64,000 nt of DNA. Origin: Candidatus Latescibacterota bacterium. GTDB lineage: Bacteria > Latescibacterota > UBA2968. The DNA lies in NCBI GenBank assembly GCA_965222605.1, contig OZ244960.1:5088001-5152000 (forward strand), read 5' to 3'. Each line of letters begins with the position of its first letter. Position 1 is the first letter of the stretch. A program made the translations under genes and the position numbers. Shown piece by piece: positions 27,423-36,537 of the stretch. The notes beneath the pieces are model-generated. The model was not told where the DNA came from. It ran no database searches and worked only from the letters and a program-made list of their open reading frames with translations.

Positions 27423-28133
27423 ATGATCCGATTCCGAAGTATTCTGTTTGGCGGAGTTCTTGTGCTGGTCCTGGGGGGAATCTCATTTGCCCAGGATTTT
27501 ACCCCCCGAGTAGGCATCGGGGGGAATATCAGTCTGAACCTGCCCGTACTGGGACTCCGAACCTGGTTTACGCAGGCCCCGCAATTCGGGGTCAATATAG
27601 TGTATCATCGCCATGCGCGGACAGAGGTGGAGTTCGAATACTACCACGCCCGGTTTGACGGTGGGAGTCTGGAGGATGCCGAGTTTATGTGGGCACCGAC
27701 CGGTACCACAGATCTTCAGTCTTACAAAAGTCCCAACGCGAAGTCCAAAATGCGTTTTCACAGCTTCCTGGTCAACGGCGTCTTCTTTTTTCACAAAGAG
27801 CTCAACAGTCAAAAAGCTCGGCCTTATTTTGCATTCGGGAGTGGTCTTTATCACTACCGTACCACTGAAACAGGGCTCATCTTTCCAGGACAGACGGGTA
27901 ATGCGTTGGACACCAGCATTGTCCTGGAACCCGACGGGAATGTCCGAACGACTGTGGGTATCAATTTTGGTCTGGGCATTGCTTTCTATACATCCGATCG
28001 ATTCGCCCTTGATTTGCGTGGTCGATACCACATTATCATAGGTCAGTTACGCCCCATGGAGGCGTGGGGATTGAAGCAGGTTTATCCCCTCCATGCGCTG
28101 GACCTGGGTATTCGCGTGAAGACCTACTTTTAG
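27423..28133 (+). CDS. Small outer-membrane beta-barrel protein (OmpA-like/8-stranded)
   Basis: Signal peptide ...GGISFA|Q, amphipathic strands, 'RPYFAFGSG', 'GINFGLG', C-terminal beta-signal 'LGIRVKTYF'. Confidence 0.8.
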   Translation: MIRFRSILFGGVLVLVLGGISFAQDFTPRVGIGGNISLNLPVLGLRTWFTQAPQFGVNIVYHRHARTEVEFEYYHARFDGGSLEDAEFMWAPTGTTDLQSYKSPNAKSKMRFHSFLVNGVFFFHKELNSQKARPYFAFGSGLYHYRTTETGLIFPGQTGNALDTSIVLEPDGNVRTTVGINFGLGIAFYTSDRFALDLRGRYHIIIGQLRPMEAWGLKQVYPLHALDLGIRVKTYF

Positions 28134-28145
28134 GGGGAATACAAT

Positions 28146-31100
28146 ATGCGAGAATTAAAACGAATTCTCCTGTGGGGCATGGCGCTGAGTCTGATTCTGA
28201 TCGGCGCTGACTTGACATTCGCCGCAACTACAGGAAAGCTCTCCGGTACCGTCAGAGACGCCCAGGGGCAACCGCTTCCCGGAGCCAATGTGGTCGTCAA
28301 AGGGATGCGTTTGGGGGCCACCACAGACGCCGAAGGAATCTATTTTATTCTTACCGTACCACCCGGGGTGCACACATTGACTGCCTCTCTGGTGGGCTAT
28401 GGAACGATCTCCCAAACCGATGTAAAAGTCGCCGTTGACCTGACTACGACGGTCGATTTCGCGCTGGAGGAAATAGCTCTACAGGCCACAGAACTGATTG
28501 TGATTGCCCAGCGTCCACCTGTGGAACTGGATAAAACCACCAGCAAATACATCCTGGGATCAGAGGATATTGAGTCACTCCCCATCGTCAGAAGCGTATC
28601 TGAACTCGTCGCTTTACAGCCCGGCGTTTTGCCGGAGGGAAATGACATGATCCGCGGCACCGGTGCCGCGGATGTGACCTATTACGTAGATGGAATCCCC
28701 ATCGTGACTACCGATGGCGTGGGTGCATTTGATCGATTCCAGTTTCAAAATATATCGGCTGTCCAGGAACTCACCGTATTGACCGGAGGATGGGAGGCAG
28801 AATATGGCAATGCCCAGGCCGGTATCATCAACCTTGTCACTCGGGAGGCGGGGGAAAATTATTCGGGGCGGTTGGAGTACAAGTTTGATCCTTCGGGCAA
28901 AAGACACTGGGGCAACAACGTTTACGACGCCCCTCAGTTTAGAAATGAATTGAAGTGGGGGAATGCCGCCTGGGAAAATGAGACGGATCCCGAAATGGGA
29001 CAAAATATCCACCAGCGGATCGATTATACCGGTGCAGCAGGCCATTTCATAGAGGCGAATCTATCTGGCCCGCTTACGCCTGACGCCGGGCTATTCGTCA
29101 GCACTCGCTTTGATCGGTCCTCCCGTTCGTTTCCTTCCTCTTCCTCGCACACTCCGGGAAATACGCGCAATACAGTCAAGCTAAATTACAATATGTCAGA
29201 CAATATAAAGGTCAAGCTCGGCGGATTCTACCATTGGGGCAAAGGGTGGAACAACGGCATCAGTTTGGATAGAAGTGCCACGGCCGGCGCCATTCGAGGT
29301 CTGGGAGACGGTGGGAGAAACATCTTTCTACCGGAAGGAAGTTCTGCGGGACGGTTCACGGATAGTGAGAGTTTGATCTACGCCTCTTTGACCCATACCT
29401 TGAGTCCAAAGACATTCTATGAAGCCAAAATATCGCGCTCTTTCTCCAAACAGGATACCAGCGATATTCCCGTAGCTACCCAGCCCTTGCGCAGGGATGC
29501 GGCCGGGTACTTCAACCTGTCGCGCGACGTGCGTGCCTACGAAATTTCAGCGCGCGCGCGTTACAACGTCAAGTTCGATATTTCCAGCCAGATCACGAGA
29601 GGGCATCTGGTCAAGGCCGGGGTTGAACTCACCTATTCCGACGCCTGGGCATTTGGGGAGATTGGAGAAAACGAATCCCGCCGCGTCGTTGCCTTTTACT
29701 CAAAAGATGGAGCTCAGGATGGGAACTTTCAGCGGGGAATCAACCCTTTCCAGTGGGGACTCTATCTGCAAGATAAGATGGAATTCAGCGGCATGATCGT
29801 CAACGCAGGCGTTCGCCTGGATGGATTCCAAAATGGAGAAAAAGGCTCCGCAGTTCCACCTTTTGAAACATCACCTATGTACAACAAACTCCGACATTTC
29901 CGAAACGCACCACGGACAGACGCCGATGCCAAAATCGCGTTCAGCCCTCGATTGGGCGTTTCTCACCCCATCACCGCTGCGAGCACTATCCGGTTTTTCT
30001 ACGGGAGATTTTACAAATTTCCGAATCTCTGGACGATGAACCGACAGGTCTGGGTGGGGAGTTTCCCCGACATCGACATCAACGGCAACGGGCAAATCGA
30101 CCCCGAGGAGCGGTACAATGATCTCGGAAAGGAAAACCAGATCGGCGTTGGAAACGTGGCCACACCACCCGAAAAAACCACCAGTTTTGAGGTGGGAACC
30201 GACTGGAACGTGGTTTCGGACTATACCCTGTCGCTAACCGCCTACTACAAAACGGTAGATAATCAGTTGTCCACTGGTACAACGGGTGGCGAGACGACGA
30301 TTTGGCAGGATCCCGGCACGGGGAGAACCGAGCAGATCCGCGTCAACCTGAGCATCAGGTATGAGGACGTCAAGGGAATTGAGCTTGGTTTCCAGAAGCG
30401 ATTCAGCAATAACTTCGCGTTTCAGACTTCCTTTAACGCGCAGTGGCTATCGGGAGGGCGTGGAGGGGGAGCAGGAGACCGGTTCTTCCCGGATTCAACG
30501 TGGGTCGCCGCTGGAAATTACTGGTTTGGCTATGAGAGTCGAAACGGGCAGGAGGTTCCGATTCCCCTGACCCAGGATGAAATCCGAGAAATCGGATCCA
30601 AAGCGAATCAACTCCTTCGCGACATCCGGGCAGGTGGTGGTCCCAGCAAGGGGCAGGCAGGACCGAATGAACATTTTCTAGCGGCTATTGAAAAGGAACC
30701 CGGCATCTGGGCTATTACCCCCATTCTTTCCGAGCTGAATATTGGCGGCATACGAGGCAGGGACAGAACGGCATTTGGGAGCGTGGCGTTTCTCTACCGA
30801 ACGCCGAGCAATTGGGGCCCAAAGGTTGGCGAAGCGGGTTTGTTCGGAAATATCCAGGCCAACATGATCTATCGCATGCAGACCGGCAGCCGGTTCGAAT
30901 ACTCGCTTCCGGAAGGTGGCGTGGAGGAACGAAATGAACCGCTTCGCACCTGGATTGATTTGAATGCCCAAAAGACGTTCTACGGCCTGAGGGACCGCTT
31001 CGACGTCACGTTGTTCGTCGAAACATACAATCTGTTCAATCAGAAAGATCGGCGGGCAAGAAACTTCGATTATATCCAATGGGGTTTGAGAAAACCCAGG

Positions 31101-31199
31101 CCAACAGACCAGCGCTACAAGGATTTTGGAGATCCGAACGACAGGGCTTTTCTGGGTTTCCCAAGGCAGGTGCATTTGGGATTGAGACTCAGTTTCTAA
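28146..31199 (+). CDS. TonB-dependent receptor with N-terminal CarboxypepD_reg-like domain
   Basis: 'TGKLSGTVRD..GQPLPGANV', plug 'IRG...YYVDGIP', 'VLTGGWEAEYGNAQAGIINLVT', 'YLQDKMEF..MIVNAGVRLD', 'SPRLGVSHPIT', C-terminal 'PRQVHLGLRLSF'. Confidence 0.93.
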   Translation: MRELKRILLWGMALSLILIGADLTFAATTGKLSGTVRDAQGQPLPGANVVVKGMRLGATTDAEGIYFILTVPPGVHTLTASLVGYGTISQTDVKVAVDLTTTVDFALEEIALQATELIVIAQRPPVELDKTTSKYILGSEDIESLPIVRSVSELVALQPGVLPEGNDMIRGTGAADVTYYVDGIPIVTTDGVGAFDRFQFQNISAVQELTVLTGGWEAEYGNAQAGIINLVTREAGENYSGRLEYKFDPSGKRHWGNNVYDAPQFRNELKWGNAAWENETDPEMGQNIHQRIDYTGAAGHFIEANLSGPLTPDAGLFVSTRFDRSSRSFPSSSSHTPGNTRNTVKLNYNMSDNIKVKLGGFYHWGKGWNNGISLDRSATAGAIRGLGDGGRNIFLPEGSSAGRFTDSESLIYASLTHTLSPKTFYEAKISRSFSKQDTSDIPVATQPLRRDAAGYFNLSRDVRAYEISARARYNVKFDISSQITRGHLVKAGVELTYSDAWAFGEIGENESRRVVAFYSKDGAQDGNFQRGINPFQWGLYLQDKMEFSGMIVNAGVRLDGFQNGEKGSAVPPFETSPMYNKLRHFRNAPRTDADAKIAFSPRLGVSHPITAASTIRFFYGRFYKFPNLWTMNRQVWVGSFPDIDINGNGQIDPEERYNDLGKENQIGVGNVATPPEKTTSFEVGTDWNVVSDYTLSLTAYYKTVDNQLSTGTTGGETTIWQDPGTGRTEQIRVNLSIRYEDVKGIELGFQKRFSNNFAFQTSFNAQWLSGGRGGGAGDRFFPDSTWVAAGNYWFGYESRNGQEVPIPLTQDEIREIGSKANQLLRDIRAGGGPSKGQAGPNEHFLAAIEKEPGIWAITPILSELNIGGIRGRDRTAFGSVAFLYRTPSNWGPKVGEAGLFGNIQANMIYRMQTGSRFEYSLPEGGVEERNEPLRTWIDLNAQKTFYGLRDRFDVTLFVETYNLFNQKDRRARNFDYIQWGLRKPRPTDQRYKDFGDPNDRAFLGFPRQVHLGLRLSF

Positions 31200-31213
31200 G
31201 AGGATAAGACAAC

Positions 31214-33472
31214 ATGACTACTATAAAAAGAAAAAGTGTCTTGTTTCTGCTTTTTCCATTGCTGGCGACCCTCTTGCTAACTTCGGAATTGTGGGCGCAG
31301 TCGAGTCCCTTCCAGAGGAAATTCCGACACATGACGCGGGGGAAGGTCTGGCATACGTACAGGAACGGACTCACAGGTCGGGTTCACCGGCAGGTGATGA
31401 GGGATATAGCTGGTATGCAATATCCGGGTTCCATCATTCCGCTGGAACCCACCGAGTTTGAGCAATACTGGAGCTTTGTCAACTATCACTGGTATCCGCG
31501 GTTTACCCGCCGATACGATACCTCTCGAGGCGAGGGTGTAATGATTCTAACAAGAGATCACGGCACCTCGGCAGTTGGCCCGAGTCAGGAATCCGAGGAT
31601 ATTCGGGAAAAGGTATATGACATTGTCAACAGCCCGGAAAAAGATCTGGGATTTATGACCGCCTCCCACTTTACCGGGTTCAGCCCAATGTCCAACTACT
31701 GGCCCGGAGCACCTCCAATTGTAGGTGAGCCTGTGGAGATCCACAACCACGACTATGGGCGGTATATCGGGGACGATTCTCAAGGTGAGGAAATTCTCAT
31801 CACGGCATGGTCCTCCAAAACGGGTATCAGTGTGTCGCAAAAAGCCTTTTCCTGGAGCTATCCCGACTTTGACGACTTCATCATCTACGAATATACTTTC
31901 CACAACAATGGAGACGCCAACGGAGACGGCCAGCCGGATCCCGGTATGCCCGTGCAACTCAACGACGTCTATTTTGCGTTCGTAAACATCATGACCATCT
32001 CTCAGGCGGGGTGCTTTATTTCAAGCCCGGGTGCGTGGTGGGTCGATTTCCCCGAATTGAGGGACGATTTCTACAGATACACCGGTGCCGACAACTACGA
32101 CGGTCCGGCCGAATACGCTGACCTGAAGCTCAGCTACCATTACGACGGGGACGCGCCTTCTACTTTGTGGAATGACGTTGGTGGACCCTACGTTTCGGCG
32201 CGTCACCATTCACTGTTCAAAGGCACGGCGCGAATCGATGGAGAACTGACAGACTTCCAGTACTTTGGGTTTGCCCCTCTGGATTATACCCCACCCTTTA
32301 CAAACGATTCGGAAAACTACGTTGCGCCAAAAGTCGCGGATCAGCCGGTGTCGGTAAAGTGGTGGGAAATCTTCAGCAGAAATAACTTCACATACCCGGA
32401 TCCCAGTAATGATGGTGATGAGCAACTGTGGAATAAACTCGTCGAAGACCAGAGAATCCAATCCAATCCCACCGACATCGGTGATTACGCCCACAGTTAC
32501 ACGTATGGACCATACGATATTGGTCCTGGTGAAAAAGTGAAAATCGTGGCGGTTTTTGCCGGGGGAACAGCTGCCGACGCCAAGGGTACGGGCATCATCG
32601 AATGGGCGCAAACGGGCAATCAAGACGAGGTTTCTCTGGGCCGGGAGGCCCTCGTGGATCATGTGCGCCGTGCTCAATTCGCCTACGATAGCGGCTACGA
32701 TCTGCCCGACCCGCCTCCGGATGTGCGATTTTCAGTGGGAAATAGCGAACGTGGGCAGGTTCTCCTCACATGGCCAGATAATGCCGATCGCGCGTTGGAT
32801 CCTGACTATCGCGAGGCCGATGTAAGAGCCTACCGGGTCTATAGTTCAGGGACCAGGGAAGCGGGGCCTTACAAGTTGCTGAAAGAGATTCCCGTGGGGG
32901 ATGCCGCTCATTTGAGTGGCGGCATCTATTCCTTCGAGGATGAGACTTCCGCTCCCGGCTTCAACTACTGGTACTCGGTTCGCACGGTCGATTCTGGGCA
33001 TTCATCCTGGACTAATAACAACGGTACCAAGACGCTTGCCGACCTGCCCGACAAGGTGCGGCAGAATGTTCAGAGTGGCATGGAAAGCGGGCATTCTTCG
33101 CCTGAGCAGCGGATGCAGGTCTTCACCAGTCCCAAGATCCCCGCAACTGCTAACAAAGACAATTTCGACGATGAAATCCTGGTTGTGCCCAATCCCTATC
33201 GGGATGATGGCACACACAGATATCCGGGATCCAGAAAGATTCGATTTACAAATATCCCCAGAAAGGCCCATATCAAGATCTATTCTCCATCTGGAGACCT
33301 GATCTGGACGATCAATCACGATTCGCCCCTGGGAGAGGCAGAATGGAATCAGGCGCCGCGATCCTTCGCGAGACCAGAGGTGCCATCGGGCATCTACTTC
33401 TACTCTGTGGAATCTCTTGTGGAATCTTCAAAAGGACAGATACGATTCGGTTCGTTTGTAATCATCAAATAG
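31214..33472 (+). CDS. Secreted protein: unknown N-terminal domain, FN3-like domain, T9SS type-A-like/FlgD-Ig C-terminal domain
   Basis: Signal ...ELWA|Q. FN3-like 'PDPPPD...LLTW...AYRVY...YSFED...YWYSVRTVD'. CTD 'ILVVPNPY...IRFTNIP...IKIYSPSGDLI...EW...PSGIYFY.V...GSFVIIK'. Confidence 0.8.
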   Translation: MTTIKRKSVLFLLFPLLATLLLTSELWAQSSPFQRKFRHMTRGKVWHTYRNGLTGRVHRQVMRDIAGMQYPGSIIPLEPTEFEQYWSFVNYHWYPRFTRRYDTSRGEGVMILTRDHGTSAVGPSQESEDIREKVYDIVNSPEKDLGFMTASHFTGFSPMSNYWPGAPPIVGEPVEIHNHDYGRYIGDDSQGEEILITAWSSKTGISVSQKAFSWSYPDFDDFIIYEYTFHNNGDANGDGQPDPGMPVQLNDVYFAFVNIMTISQAGCFISSPGAWWVDFPELRDDFYRYTGADNYDGPAEYADLKLSYHYDGDAPSTLWNDVGGPYVSARHHSLFKGTARIDGELTDFQYFGFAPLDYTPPFTNDSENYVAPKVADQPVSVKWWEIFSRNNFTYPDPSNDGDEQLWNKLVEDQRIQSNPTDIGDYAHSYTYGPYDIGPGEKVKIVAVFAGGTAADAKGTGIIEWAQTGNQDEVSLGREALVDHVRRAQFAYDSGYDLPDPPPDVRFSVGNSERGQVLLTWPDNADRALDPDYREADVRAYRVYSSGTREAGPYKLLKEIPVGDAAHLSGGIYSFEDETSAPGFNYWYSVRTVDSGHSSWTNNNGTKTLADLPDKVRQNVQSGMESGHSSPEQRMQVFTSPKIPATANKDNFDDEILVVPNPYRDDGTHRYPGSRKIRFTNIPRKAHIKIYSPSGDLIWTINHDSPLGEAEWNQAPRSFARPEVPSGIYFYSVESLVESSKGQIRFGSFVIIK

Positions 33473-33488
33473 TCTAAGGAGCTTTGCT

Positions 33489-34475
33489 ATGATGACCAGG
33501 ATATACGCATCAATCTGCGCATTCGCGATTGCTATTTCGCTCCAATCTCCCGCCTATGGGCAGTTTATAGAGATCGAGGACGAGGACATTTACTCCTCAA
33601 CCGCTGCTTCGCGAATTGGGCTCACGGGGTTCGGGTTTTTGAAGATTTCACAAGGCGCGCGGTCTGCGGGAATGGGGGATGCGTACACGGCCATATCCAA
33701 CGATATCAATGCGGCATTCAAGAACCCTGCCGGTCTGACCCATATGAAACGGATCGAGTACGTGTTCTCTTACAACCGGTGGTTGGTAAACAGCACGGTT
33801 GCCTCCGGCGCTGTTGCGGCGAATACGCCGTATGGCGTGGTGGGCGTCACCTTTATAGGTTTCTACCCTGAGAAGAGCAAGGAAACCACCATACTCCAGC
33901 CGCTCGGAACGGGGGAGATGGTGAATGCTGGGGATGTCGCCATCGGATTTCTTTACGCGAAGAAAATGACCGATAAGCTCTCTTTCGGCGTTCACGGTCG
34001 CTGGATTCAGGAAACCCTGCACGACAAGAATATTGCCAGTTATGATGTCTCTCTCGGCACGCTATTCTACACGGGATTTGGCTCCAGCAGGTTGGCGATG
34101 ACATTGCAGAATTTCGGCAAAGACATAACGCCAGAAGCGGTCACTTTCGCCACGCCAATGGTCTTCAATATCGCCGCTGCTATGGAGGTTTATGGAAAGG
34201 CGGAAGACCCCACCTATCTCACAGCCGCAGTCGATTTCAGCTATGCCACTGATTTTGGTGAGCGGCTACATTTTGGCGGTGAGTTCTGGGTCGCAAGAGT
34301 ACTCGTGCTTCGAGCCGGATACAAGACCAATTACGACATCGAGAGTTATTCACTTGGTGCCGGTGTTCGCGTGAACTATTCGGATGGTAGGCAGGTCTCT
34401 GTCGATTTTGCCTATTCGGCGATTGACGGTGGCTTCGATGCTCCGCTGCGCGTGTCTCTGAGCGGGAGTTTTTAG
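33489..34475 (+). CDS. PorV/PorQ-family (FadL-like) outer-membrane beta-barrel
   Basis: 'FLKISQGARSAGMGDAYTAISND..AAFKNPAGL', 'VLRAGY', 'SLGAG', 'VDFAY', terminal Phe. Confidence 0.88.
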   Translation: MMTRIYASICAFAIAISLQSPAYGQFIEIEDEDIYSSTAASRIGLTGFGFLKISQGARSAGMGDAYTAISNDINAAFKNPAGLTHMKRIEYVFSYNRWLVNSTVASGAVAANTPYGVVGVTFIGFYPEKSKETTILQPLGTGEMVNAGDVAIGFLYAKKMTDKLSFGVHGRWIQETLHDKNIASYDVSLGTLFYTGFGSSRLAMTLQNFGKDITPEAVTFATPMVFNIAAAMEVYGKAEDPTYLTAAVDFSYATDFGERLHFGGEFWVARVLVLRAGYKTNYDIESYSLGAGVRVNYSDGRQVSVDFAYSAIDGGFDAPLRVSLSGSF

Positions 34476-34536
34476 ACCGAGCAAATCAGGAGAAGGGCCT
34501 GCGAAGAACTCCTTTCAAAGGATTGCGAGGAGATAT

Positions 34537-36525
34537 TTGTCCTCTCTGCAAGATCCCATCGTTAGCCATCCAGTGCCTTCCGCCGCAGAGGAGCGGGGAA
34601 TCACGTTGCGTTCGTTTCTGATTGGGTTGGGTGTGGTCTGTCTGGTCAACCTGTGGGTCACGTGGTCGGATTTAATGATCCATTCCTCAGCCTGGAATCT
34701 GAGCCACTTCCCCATAGTGAATTTCATTCCGTTTGTCATCCTCACAGTCTTATCATCGGTTTCAAACAGGTTGTTTGGTTCGCGCTGGTCTTTTTCATCT
34801 GCCGAACTCGCCACCATTCTGGCCATGGGGCTGGTGGGCAGCGTCGTGCCGACCAACGGATTTATGGGATATGTGATCGGCATTTTGGCCATGCCGTATT
34901 ACCTGGCCACCCCCGAGAATGGTTGGGCGCTCTATTTTCACCCCCACCTTGCCGACTGGATGGCGCCGCGAAATGAAAACGACGCCGTGCGCTACTTTTT
35001 CGAAGGCCTACCCAAAGGTGCGCACATCCCCTGGGAAACCTGGGCAAGCCCGCTTTTCTGGTGGCTCACATTTGCAGCGTCGATCACGCTGATCTCGGCC
35101 TGCACGGTTGTCATTTTGCGCAAGCAATGGACGGAGAACGAACGGCTCGATTATCCCATCATCAGCGTAGGCATCGACATGGCGCTGCGCTCGAATCCCC
35201 GGAACTGGCTGCCGGAATACATGAAAGGCAAGCTGTTCTGGGGTGGTTTTTCGGTCGCCTGCGGAATCGTTTGTTGGAATATTCCCAGTTACTTCGTACC
35301 CGGCCTGCCCGAATTCCCTCTACTTTATAGGTGGTTTACGCTGGCCGCTGGTTTTCCCACAATTGATTTTCATATCAGTTTTTTTGCACTGGCTTTTGCA
35401 TTTTTTGCCAGGCTTGAAGCCCTGTTCAGCGTCTGGTTCTTCTTCCTGATTTTTCTAATCCAGAGCGCGGTATTCAACCGATTCGGATTCACCATCGGCA
35501 CCTCGGGAGATCCCTGGTCTTCCCACAACCCCGCTGTTGGCTGGCAAAGCTGGGGGTCTCTCTGCTTCATCGTGGCCTGGGGGATCTGGGTTGCTCGTCA
35601 TCATCTACGCGACGTGTTTTCCAAGGCCATCTGGGGGGCACCAGGTGAGGGCAGCACTGAAGAGATGATGTCTTACCGGATGGCTCTTACCGGCCTGATC
35701 AGCGGACTGGTTTATGCCATTGGATTTCTGTACTGTGCGGGCATGAGCTATACCATGGCCTTCGCGCTCTTGCTTTCCACGCTCATCGGCTACCTGGGTG
35801 TATCCCGCATCTTAGTGGAAACCGGGTTGCTCTACGTGGTCGTACCGGTAACGGGTCAGTCCTCCACCGTATATTTTCTGGGATCGCGTGGCCTGCCGGA
35901 ATCCTCGATGACAGCCATGGTATTCACCTACATCCTCGTCACGAGGGGCGCCGGTATGTTCATGCCTTCGCTGACCCATCTGGGCAAGCTCGCAGACCGG
36001 ATTCCCCAGATTCGAAAGCGTCTGATCTACGCGCTTGGTGCCTCAATCGCGAGCGGCGTTCTGGTTGCCGCCATTGTAACCCTGTACCTGGGTTACACGA
36101 AGGGGGCATACAACTTCAACGTATGGGTGTTGGGCGGGGGCGGCAGTCAGCGGCCTTTCATCGATACGCTGGTCAAGATGCAGTCGCCATTCACAACAGA
36201 CTGGTATCGCATCTTCTTTTTTTCATTCGGGGCGCTGGTCTCGGCCGTGCTGGTGGCTTTGCGCTACCGCTTTCCCTGGTGGCCCCTTTCTCCTATCGGA
36301 TTTCCTCTGGCCACTTCCTGGCCCATGCGCAGAGTCGGGTTCACCATCTTTCTGGCCTGGTTCATCAAGGCCACCATCATGAAACTGGGAGGTGCCGTGC
36401 TCTATCGCCGGTGCCAGCCCTTTGCAGTCGGGCTTCTGGTCGGTTGGGCAGCCGGAGTCGGCATCTCTTTCGTGGTTGACATCTTCTACTTTCCCGGCAA
36501 CGGACACGGGATTCACTCGTATTGA
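34537..36525 (+). CDS. DUF6785/DUF6784-like polytopic membrane protein (putative transporter), paralog 2
   Basis: TTG start after GAGGAG; 'YYLATPENGW', 'LRKQWTENERLDYP', 'RFPWWPLSPIGF'. Confidence 0.75.
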   Translation: MSSLQDPIVSHPVPSAAEERGITLRSFLIGLGVVCLVNLWVTWSDLMIHSSAWNLSHFPIVNFIPFVILTVLSSVSNRLFGSRWSFSSAELATILAMGLVGSVVPTNGFMGYVIGILAMPYYLATPENGWALYFHPHLADWMAPRNENDAVRYFFEGLPKGAHIPWETWASPLFWWLTFAASITLISACTVVILRKQWTENERLDYPIISVGIDMALRSNPRNWLPEYMKGKLFWGGFSVACGIVCWNIPSYFVPGLPEFPLLYRWFTLAAGFPTIDFHISFFALAFAFFARLEALFSVWFFFLIFLIQSAVFNRFGFTIGTSGDPWSSHNPAVGWQSWGSLCFIVAWGIWVARHHLRDVFSKAIWGAPGEGSTEEMMSYRMALTGLISGLVYAIGFLYCAGMSYTMAFALLLSTLIGYLGVSRILVETGLLYVVVPVTGQSSTVYFLGSRGLPESSMTAMVFTYILVTRGAGMFMPSLTHLGKLADRIPQIRKRLIYALGASIASGVLVAAIVTLYLGYTKGAYNFNVWVLGGGGSQRPFIDTLVKMQSPFTTDWYRIFFFSFGALVSAVLVALRYRFPWWPLSPIGFPLATSWPMRRVGFTIFLAWFIKATIMKLGGAVLYRRCQPFAVGLLVGWAAGVGISFVVDIFYFPGNGHGIHSY

Positions 36526-36537
36526 AAGAGAGGCATT

